Positions 53,505 through 64,000 of a stretch of DNA of 64,000 nt are shown one piece after another. The position numbers and the translations under genes are program-made. The notes under the pieces were generated by a model, which did not search any database, had not been told where the DNA came from, and saw only the letters and a list, made by a program, of their open reading frames with translations. Source of the DNA: Eledone cirrhosa (taxonomy: Eukaryota). The stretch spans positions 18,042,001-18,106,000 of the forward strand of contig OZ024764.1 in assembly GCA_964016885.1 (NCBI GenBank), read 5' to 3'. How positions within the stretch are numbered: the stretch's first letter is position 1; each line of letters opens with the position of its first letter.

Positions 53505-54300
53505 TCTTATTCGAGGGAGTTTGGGCTGCTATTTCTACCATGTAGAGATCCCTCTGATACATAAGACAATAGGGTGTGATTCAAGTGAGATTTGGCTGCT
53601 ATTTCTACCATGTCTAGTTACCATGTAGAGGTCTCCCTCATATTTGTAATTCGAGGGAGGTTTGGCTGCTATTTTTACCATGTCTAGCTACCATGTAGTG
53701 GTCTCCCTCATATATGCCATTTGAGGGAGGTTCGGTTGCTATTTCTAGCAGCTCTAGCTACCATGTAGTAGTCTCCCTCATGTGATTTCAGGGAGGTTCG
53801 GCTGCTATTTCTAGCAGCTCTAGCTACCATGTAGTGGTCTCCCTCATGTGATTTCAGGGAGGTTCGGCTGCTATTTCTAGCAGCTCTAGCTACCATGTAG
53901 TGGTCTCCCTCATGTGATTTCAGGGAGGTTCGGCTGCTATTTCTAGCAGCTCTAGCTACCATGTAGTGGTCTCCCTCATGTGATTTCAGGGAGGTTCGGC
54001 TGCTATTTCTAGCAGCTCTAGCTACCATGTAGTGGTCTCCCTCATGTGATTTCAGGGAGGTTCGGCTGCTATTTCTAGCAGCTCTAGCTACCATGTAGTG
54101 GTCTCCCTCATGTGATTTCAGGGAGGTTCGGCTGCTATTTCTAGCAGCTCTAGCTACCATGTAGTGGTCTCCCTCATGTGATTTCAGGGAGGTTCGGCTG
54201 CTATTTCTAGCAGCTCTAGCTACCATGTAGTGGGTCTCCCTCATGTGATTTCAGGGAGGTTCGGCTGCTATTTCTAGCAGCTCTAGCTACCATGTAGTGG
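53505..54300. repeat. 66-bp minisatellite, about 8 near-identical copies plus diverged copies on the left
   Basis: Unit CATGTGATTTCAGGGAGGTTCGGCTGCTATTTCTAGCAGCTCTAGCTACCATGTAGTGGTCTCCCT. Confidence 0.95.
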
Positions 54301-54487
54301 TAGATCCACTCTGTAGAATCTGACCTCGGAAGTAAGATATGAAATGGAGACATAAATATGTATGGAGAGATTTCTGTCGGTGATGGCCATGGAAAGATTG
54401 TCATCTGTCGTACAGAGAAGACTTCCTTCTCTGGTTGCCAAGTGTTCCCATGACTAAACCGGCAGAGCATCTTTAGTTCAGTTATCA

Positions 54488-54556
<69 letters not shown>

Positions 54557-54571
54557 TCTCTCTTCTCTCTC

Positions 54572-54621
<50 letters not shown>

Positions 54622-55099
54622 AATTTTTCGAATGAAAGACACTGTTGGTGTTTGGAACATAACTTAAAGGTTTTGAAATAAATGCGCTAAAGTCAATGTC
54701 ATTGATTAAATACCTTGAAAAATGTAGTGCTCCAGCATGGCCACAGTCTGACTGAAGCCTGTGTGTATGGTGTATGTACATGTATGTATGTATGTATGTA
54801 TGTATGTATGTGTATATATATATATGTATGTGTGTGCGTGTGCATGAGTCAGGAGCCCGACGGCTGAACTCCTGCCATTCAACAGCTAGTTCCAGACAAG
54901 AACTAGCTGTTGAAATGGCAACAGCTCAGCTGTTGGGGTCTTGACTTATTCATATATATAATATATAAATAACCAGACTCTCCTACTCTAAGTATTGAGT
55001 ACTCTAGTGAGTAATGGTCTAACCAGTTTCAAACTGAATCTATCCTCAGATATATGTGTGTGTATGGTGTATGTATTTTTGTGTGAGTTTATAATATAC

Positions 55100-55137
<38 letters not shown>

Positions 55138-55734
55138 CATGTATATATATAGTGTATGACACTCTTCCTGCTAATTCAAGCGTTTAACTAATACATTCCT
55201 TTCATGTACTGTACCATTTGTTTTGTTATTTCTGTTTACCTTTTACATACACAAATATATATATATATGTGGTATATATACTTATGTATATGTGTGTATA
55301 TATATATATCTAGTTTTATTTATATATGTATATATATGCACATGTGTGTGTGTGTGTGGTGTGCTGTGTTGGTAATCCTATTGTCACCAACCAAATACAA
55401 ACACTTCAGACTTTGCAATGGTCAGGTCGGACCTGTCCCAGTTTTAGAAGCTTTGGCTTTGAACACAGGTCATTTTACACAGACACACAGACACGTTGTA
55501 TAGAAATGTAAACATGTGACTCTAGCAATGTTAAATACCATAATGGATGTACAATAATCTCGTCCACCTCATGTTCTCTCAACACCTTTGAAAAGGATTT
55601 TATTTTTAACCCATTTTTACACATTTGTACATTATTCTATGTACAATACATGCACCTTTGATGAGTTGTAGTGCACCTGAGCACTGTACACACTAATTTC
55701 ATTATTATTATCATTATTATATTAAAATAAAATA

Positions 55735-58700
55735 AATAGACATTGGGGTTCTCTCCAAACATTTTCAGTTTTTTTCAAAGAGGTGTAAAAGAAAAATTGA
55801 AAAGGATTTACACATATCTTCCAGCAAGGATTGAACCCCCAGACCGGGATCTCACCATCTCTAGGACTTCCCACTAAGCCACCAAGACTGCTATAAAGAT
55901 CTACTGAAAATTAATATTTATAAACCTACTTTCAAAATAAAATTAAATTAACTAAATTAAAGTAATTTAAATTAAATCAAATTAAACAAAATAAATGGAC
56001 ATTGGGGTTCTCACCAAAGTTTTTCAGTTTTTTTCAAAGAAATGTAAAAGGAAAATTGAAAAAAAAATAATAGGACACTTTACATATATCTCCCAGATCA
56101 GGATTGAACCCCAGATCAGAGTCTTACCATCTCTAGGACTTCCCCCTAAGCCACCAAGACTGCTACAATAATCTACTGAAAATTCATCCTTATGAACCTA
56201 CTTTCAAAATAAAATAAAATTAATTAAATTAGAAACATTGTCTTGAGACCAACTGCTTCTTTGGCCCTAAGGAGATAGTAGCTGGCCGTAGGAAATCCAT
56301 TACTTTGATCAGGGTTTGAGTGGCCATAGTTTACACCCTTGAACCGCTTCAACCACCCTCTCACCTGGCACTGACTATGGTTTGGCTGGTTGTAGAGGCT
56401 CCTACATGAGGTTTACACCCTTGAACCGCTTCAATCACCCTCTTACCTGGCACTGACTATGGTTTGGCTGGTTGTAGAGGCTCTTACATGAGGTTTACAC
56501 CCTTGAACCGCTTCAACCACCCTCTCACCTGGCACTGACTATGGTTTGGCTGGTTGTAGAGGCCCCTACATGAGGTTTACACCCATAAACCGCTTCAACC
56601 ACCCTCTCACCTGGCACTGACTATGGTTTAGTATCTACCACTAAGTCATCGAGTCTACAAAAATTCACTGAAAATTCATATTTATAAACCTTCTTTCAAA
56701 ATAAAATAAAATGAAATTAATTTAAATTAAATTAAATTAATTAAATTAAAATAAAATAAATATAATTTGAGGCTCTCCCAAATGATTTTCAGTTTTTTTC
56801 AAAGAAATGTAAAAGGAAAATTGAAAAAAAATAATAGGACACTTTGCATATATCTCCCAGACCAGGATTGAACCCCAGATCAGAGTCTCACCATCTCTAG
56901 GACTTCCCACTAAGCCACCAAGACTGCTACAATAATCTACTGAAAATTCATCCTTATGAACCTACTTTAGAAATAAAATAAAATTAATTAAATTAAAAAC
57001 ATTGTCTTCAGACCAACTGCTTCTTTGGCCCTAAGCAGATAGTAGCTGGCCGTAGGAAATCCATTACTTTGATCAGGGTTTGAGTGGCCATAGTTTACAC
57101 CCTTAAACTGCTTCAACCACCCTCTCACCTGGCACTGACTATGGTTTGGCTGGTTGTAGAGGTTCCTACATGAGGTTTACACCCTTGAACCGCTTCAACC
57201 ACCCTCTCACCTGGCACTGACTATGGTTTAGCTGGTTGTAGAGGTTCCTACATGAGGTTTACACCCTTAAACCGCTTCAACCACCCTCTCACCTGGCACT
57301 GACTATGGTTTGGCTGGTTGTAGAGGCTCCTACATGAGGTTTACACCCATAAACTGCTTCAACCACCCTCTCACCTGGCACTGACTATGGTTTGGCTGGT
57401 TGTAGAGGCTCCTACATGAGGTTTACACCCTTGAACCGCTTCAACCACCCTCTCACCTGGCACTGACTATGGTTTGGCTGGTTGTAGAGGCTCCTACATG
57501 AGGTTTACACCCTTGAACCGCTTCAACCACCCTCTCACCTGGCACTGAGTATGGTTTGGCTGGTTGTAGAGGCTCCTACATGAGGTTTACACCCTTGAAC
57601 CGCTTCAACCACCCTCTCACCTGGCACTGACTATGGTTTAGCTGGTTGTAGAGGCTCCTACATGAGGTTTACACCCTTGAACCGCTTCAACCACCCTCTC
57701 ACCTGGCACTGAGTATGGTTTGGCTGGTTGTAGAGGCTCCTACATGATGTTTACACCCTTGAACCGCTTCAACCACCCTCTCACCTGGCACTGACTATGG
57801 TTTAGCTGGTTGTAGAGGCTCCTACATGAGGTTTACACCCTTGAACCGCTTCAACCACCCTCTCACCTGGCACTGACTATGGTTTAGCTGGTTGTAGAGG
57901 CTCCTACATGAGGTTTACACCCTTGAACCGCTTCAACCACCCTCTCACCTGGCACTGACTATGGTTTGGCTGGTTGTAGAGGTTCCTACATGAGGTTTAC
58001 ACCCTTGAACCGCTTCAACCACCCTCTCACCTGGCACTGACTATGGTTTAGCTGGTTGTAGAGGCTCCTACATGAGGTTTACACCCTTGAACCGCTTCAA
58101 CCACCCTCTCACCTGGCACTGACTATGGTTTGGCTGGTTGTAGAGGCTCCTACATGATGTTTACACCCTTGAACCGCTTCAACCACCCTCTCACCTGGCA
58201 CTGACTATGGTTTAGCTGGTTGTAGAGGCTCCTACATGAGGTTTACACCCTTGAACCGCTTCAACCACCCTCTCACCTGGCACTGACTATGGTTTGGCTG
58301 GTTGTAGAGGTTCCTACATGAGGTTTACACCCTTGAACCGCTTCAACCACCCTCTCACCTGGCACTGACTATGGTTTAGCTGGTTGTAGAGGCTCCTACA
58401 TGAGGTTTACACCCTTGAACCGCTTCAACCACCCTCTCACCTGGCACTGACTATGGTTTAGCTGGTTGTAGAGGCTCCTACATGAGGTTTACACCCTTGA
58501 ACCGCTTCAACCACCCTCTCACTTGGCACTGACTATGGTTTGGCTGGTTGTAGAGGCTCCTACATGAGGTTTACACCCTTGAACCGCTTCAATTACCCTC
58601 TCACCTGGCACTGACTATGGTTTGGCTGATTGTAGAGGCCCCTACATGAGGTTTACACCCATAAACTGCTTCAATCACCCTCTTACCTGGCACTGACTAT

Positions 58701-61700
58701 GGTTTGGCTGGTCGTAGAGGCTCCTACATGAGGTTTACACCCATAAACCGCTTCAACCACCCTCTTACCTGGCACTGACTATGGTTTGGCTGGTTGTAGA
58801 GGCTCCTACATGAGGTTTACACCCATAAACTGCTTCAACCACCCTCTCACCTGGCACTGACTATGGTTTGGCTGGTTGTAGAGGCTCCTACATGAGGTTT
58901 ACACCCATAAACTGCTTCAATCACCCTCTCACCTGGCACTGACTATGGTTTGGCTGGTTGTAGAGGCTCCTACATGAGGTTTACACCCTTGAACCGCTTC
59001 AACCACCCTCTCACCTGGCACTGACTATGGTTTGGCTGGTCGTAGAGGCTCCTACATGAGGTTTACACCCATAAACCGCTTCAACCACCCTCTCACCTGG
59101 CACTGACTATGGTTTAGTATCTACCACTAAGTCATCGAGTCTACAAAAATTCACTGAAAATTCATATTTATAAACCTTCTTTCAAAATAAAATAAAATGA
59201 AATTAATTTAAATTAAATTAAATTAATTAAATTAAAATAAAATAAATATAATTTGAGGCTCTCCCAAACGTTTTTCAGTTTTTTTTCAAAGATATGTAAA
59301 ATAAAATTGAAAAAGATGCTACAAGTACCTCCCAGTCCAAGACTAAACACGAGACCAGGATTGAACTCCCAGACCGGGATCTCACCATCTCTAGGACTTC
59401 CCACTAAGCCACCAAGACTGCTATAAAGATCTACTGAGAATTAATATTTATAAACCTACTTTCAAAATAAAATTAAATTAACTAAATTAAAGTAATTTAA
59501 ATTAAATCAAATTAAACAAAATAAATGGACATTGGGGTCCTCACCAAAGTTTTTCAGTTTTTTTCAAAGAAATGTAAAAGGAAAATTGAAAAAAAATAAT
59601 AGGACACTTTACATATATCTCCCAGACCTGGATTGAACCCCAGATCAGAGTCTTACCATCTCTAGGACTTGCCACCAAGACTGCTACAATAATCTACTGA
59701 AAATTCATCCTTATGAACCTACTTTAGAAATAAAATAAAATTAATTAAATTAAAAACATTGTCTTGAGACCAACTGCTTCTTTGGCCCTAAGGAGATAGT
59801 AGCTGGCCGTAGGAAATCCATTACTTTGATCAGGGTTTGAGTGGCCATAGTTTACACCCTTAAACTGCTTCAACCACCCTCTCACTTGGCACTGACTATG
59901 GTTTGGCTGGTTGTAGAGGCTCCTACATGAGGTTTACACCCTTGAACCGCTTCAACCACCCTCTCACCTGGCACTGACTATGGTTTGGCTGGTTGTAGAG
60001 GCTCCTACATGAGGTTTACACCCATAAACTGCTTCAATCACCCTCTCACCTGGCACTGACTATGGTTTGGCTGGTTGTAGAGGCTCCTACATGAGGTTTA
60101 CACCCATAAACCGCTTCAACCACCCTCTCACCTGGCACTGACTATGGTTTGGCTGGTTGTAGAGGCTCCTACATGAGGTTTACACCCATAAACCGCTTCA
60201 ATCACCCTCTCACCTGGCACTGACTATGGTTTGGCTGGTTGTAGAGACTCCTACATGAGGTTTACACCCATAAACCGCTTCAACCACCCTCTCACCTGGC
60301 ACTGACTATGGTTTGGCTGGTTGTAGAGGCCCCTACATGAGGTTTACACCCATAAACTGCTTCAATCACCCTCTCACCTGGCACTGACTATGGTTTAGCT
60401 GGTTGTAGAGGCTCCTACATGAGGTTTACACCCATAAACCGCTTCAACCACCCTCTCACCTGGCACTGACTATGGTTTGGCTGGTTGTAGAGGCCCCTAC
60501 ATGAGGTTTACACCCATAAACTGCTTCAATCACCCTCTCACCTGGCACTGACTATGGTTTGGCTGGTTGTAGAGGCTCTTACATGGGGTTTACACCCATA
60601 AACCGCTTCAATCACCCTCTCACCTGGCACTGACTATGGTTTAGTATCTACCACTAAGTCATCGAGTCTACAAAAATTCACTGAAAATTCATATTTATAA
60701 ACCTTCTTTCAAAATAAAATAAAATAAATACAATTTGAGGCTCTCCCAAACGTTTTTCAGTTTTTTTTCAAAGATATGTAAAATAAAAATTGAAAAAGAT
60801 GCTACAAGTACCTCCCAGTCCAAGACTAAACACGAGACCAGGATTGAACCCCCAGCCCAGGATCTCACCATCTCTAGGACTTCCCACTAAGCCACCAAGA
60901 CTGCTACAATAATCTACTGAGAATTAATATTTATAAACCTACTTTCAAAATAAAATTAAATTAACTAAATTAAAGTAATTTAAATTAAATCAAATTAAAC
61001 AAAATAAATGGACATTGGGGTCCTCACCAAAATTTTTCAGTTTTTTTCAAAGAAATGTAAAAGGAAAATTAAAAAAAAATAATAGGACATTTTACATATA
61101 TCTCCCAGATCAGGATTGAACCCCAGATCAGAGTCTCACCATCTCTAGGACTTCCCACTAAGCCACCAAGACTGCTACAATAATCTACTGAAAATTCATC
61201 CTTATGAACCTACTTTAGAAATAAAATAAAATTAATTAAATTAAAAACATTGTCTTCAGACCAACTGCTTCTTTGGCCCTAAGGAGATAGTAGCTGGCCG
61301 TAGGAAATCCATTACTTTGATCAGGGTTTGAGTGGCCATAGTTTACACCCTTAAACTGCTTCAACCACCCTCTCACCTGGCACTGACTATGGTTTAGCTG
61401 GTTGTAGAGGTTCCTACATGAGGTTTACACCCTTAAACCGCTTCAACCACCCTCTCACCTGGCACTGACTATGGTTTGGCTGGTTGTAGAGGCTCCTACA
61501 TGAGGTTTACACCCATAAACTGCTTCAACCACCCTCTCACCTGGCACTGACTATGGTTTGGCTGGTTGTAGAGGCTCCTACATGAGGTTTACACCCTTGA
61601 ACCGCTTCAACCACCCTCTCACCTGGCACTGACTATGGTTTAGCTGGTTGTAGAGGCTCCTACATGAGGTTTACACCCATAAACTGCTTCAATCACCCTC

Positions 61701-64000
61701 TCACCTGGCACTGACTATGGTTTGGCTGGTTGTAGAGGCTCCTACATGAGGTTTACACCCTTGAACCGCTTCAACCACCCTCTCACCTGGCACTGACTAT
61801 GGTTTAGCTGGTTGTAGAGGCTCCTACATGAGGTTTACACCCTTGAACCGCTTCAATCACCCTCTCACCTGGCACTGACTATGGTTTGGCTGGTTGTAGA
61901 GGTTCCTACATGAGGTTTACACCCTTGAACCGCTTCAATCACCCTCTCACCTGGCACTGACTATGGTTTGGCTGGTTGTAGAGGCTCCTACATGAGGTTT
62001 ACACCCTTGAACCGCTTCAATTACCCTCTCACCTGGCACTGACTATGGTTTGGCTGGTTGTAGAGGCCCCTACATGAGGTTTACACCCTTGAACCGCTTC
62101 AATCACCCTCTCACCTGGCACTGACTATGGTTTGGCTGGTTGTAGAGGCCCCTACATGAGGTTTACACCCTTGAACCGCTTCAATTACCCTCTCACCTGG
62201 CACTGACTATGGTTTGGCTGGTTGTAGAGGCCCCTACATGAGGTTTACACCCATAAACTGCTTCAATCACCCTCTCACCTGGCACTGACTATGGTTTGGC
62301 TGGTTGTAGAGGCTCCTACATGAGGTTTACACCCTTGAACCGCTTCAACCACCCTCTCACCTGGCACTGACTATGGTTTGGCTGGTCGTAGAGGCTCCTA
62401 CATGGGGTTTACACCCATAAACCGCTTCAACCACCCTCTCACCTGGCACTGACTATGGTTTGGCTGGTTGTAGAGGCTCCTACATGAGGTTTACACCCTT
62501 GAACCGCTTCAACCACCCTCTCACCTGGCACTGACTATGGTTTGGCTGGTCGTAGAGGCTCCTACATGGGGTTTACACCCATAAACCGCTTCAACCACCC
62601 TCTCACCTGGCACTGACTATGGTTTGGCTGGTTGTAGAGGCTCCTACATGAGGTTTACACCCTTGAACCGCTTCAACCACCCTCTCACCTGGCACTGACT
62701 ATGGTTTGGCTGGTCGTAGAGGCTCCTACATGAGGTTTACACCCTTGAACCGCTTCAACCACCCTCTCACCTGGCACTGACTATGGTTTAGTATCTACCA
62801 CTAAGTCATCGAGTCTACAAAAATTCACTGAAAATTCATATTTATAAACCTTCTTTCAAAATAAAATAAAATGAAATTAAATTAAATTAAATTAAATTAA
62901 TTAAATTAAAATAAAATAAATACAATTTGAGGCTCTCCCAAACGTTTTTCAGTTTTTTTTCAAAGATATGTAAAATAAAAATTGAAAAAGATTCTACAAG
63001 TACCTCCCAGTCCAAGACTAAACACGAGACCAGGATTGAACCCCCAGCCCAGGATCTCACCATCTCTAGGACTTCCCACTAAGCCACCAAGACTGCTACA
63101 AAGATCTACTGAGAATTAATATTTATAAACCTACTTTCAAAATAAAATTAAATTAACTAAATTAAAGTAATTTAAATTAAATCAAATTAAACAAAATAAA
63201 TGGACATTGGGGTCCTTACCAAAGTTTTTCAGTTTTTTTCAAAGAAATGTAAAAGGAAAATTGAAAAAAAATAATAGGACACTTTACATATATCTCCCAG
63301 ACCTGGATTGAACCCCAGATCAGAGTCTTACCATCTCTAGGACTTGCCACCAAGACTGCTACAATAATCTACTGAAAATTCATCCTTATGAACCTACTTT
63401 AGAAATAAAATAAAATTAATTAAATTAAAAACATTGTCTTGAGACCAACTGCTTCTTTGGCCCTAAGGAGATAGTAGCTGGCCGTAGGAAATCCATTACT
63501 TTGATCAGGGTTTGAGTGGCCATAGTTTACACCCTTAAACTGCTTCAACCACCCTCTCACTTGGCACTGACTATGGTTTGGCTGGTTGTAGAGGCTCCTA
63601 CATGAGGTTTACACCCATAAACTGCTTCAACCACCCTCTCACCTGGCACTGACTATGGTTTGGCTGGTTGTAGAGGCTCCTACATGAGGTTTACACCCTT
63701 GAACCGCTTCAACCACCCTCTCACCTGGCACTGACTATGGTTTGGCTGGTTGTAGAGGCTCCTACATGAGGTTTACACCCATAAACTGCTTCAACCACCC
63801 TCTCACCTGGCACTGACTATGGTTTGGCTGGTTGTAGAGGCTCCTACATGAGGTTTACACCCTTGAACCGCTTCAACCACCCTCTCACCTGGCACTGACT
63901 ATGGTTTGGCTGGTTGTAGAGGCTCCTACATGAGGTTTACACCCATAAACTGCTTCAATCACCCTCTCACCTGGCACTGACTATGGTTTAGCTGGTTGTA
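55735..64000. repeat. Nested higher-order satellite: tRNA-like modules plus a linker plus a variable array of an 82-bp monomer, repeated at least five times
   Basis: 82-bp monomer GGTTTACACCCTTGAACCGCTTCAACCACCCTCTCACCTGGCACTGACTATGGTTTGGCTGGTTGTAGAGGCTCCTACATGA in blocks at about 56330-56630, 57092-59117, 59850-60645, 61340-62790 and 63525-end, separated by near-identical AT-rich spacers containing CCAGGATTGAACCCC...CCACTAAGCCACCAAGAC. Confidence 0.95.

Noticed and set aside
51141-54244. Periodic ORFs of 178-302 aa
   Set aside because: Arise from the 51-bp and 66-bp minisatellites, CA repeats and the N gap.
54300-54490. Non-repetitive segment as a next exon of the 45.5 kb gene
   Set aside because: No recognisable motif or convincing splice pair in any frame.
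56330-64000. Possible CRISPR-like repeat/spacer array
   Set aside because: Monomers are contiguous and near-identical with no unique spacers; eukaryotic context, no cas genes.

Overview
Eukaryotic, AT-rich, microsatellite-dense animal DNA. The repeat content (RTE and CR1 LINEs with microsatellite tails, tRNA-derived SINEs, long (TA)n tracts) suggests a coleoid cephalopod such as Octopus; this is an inference. Four spliced genes can be rebuilt by eye: (1) the 3' five exons of a PRR11-like proline-rich gene (+, 776-7945); (2) a complete 13-coding-exon 4-hydroxyphenylpyruvate dioxygenase gene, HPD (+, 19076-34372, 382 aa); (3) a two-exon CCCH zinc-finger gene (-, 43110-39815); (4) the first coding exon of a probable EHD/dynamin-like P-loop GTPase (+, 45505-45619). 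The rest is a Tc1/mariner remnant, RTE and CR1 LINE pieces, SINEs, TTAA MITEs, minisatellites, a 200-N gap and, from about 55.7 kb, a nested higher-order satellite. The most notable unannotated signal is a set of short non-coding elements, often fold-backs and embedded in (TA)n. They carry minimal type-I hammerhead ribozyme motifs (CUGANGA-stem II-GAAA-palindromic stem III-UH) of the Penelope-like/retrozyme kind, in several sequence families, some on the sense strand of host introns. Most long ORFs in the supplied track are microsatellite artefacts.
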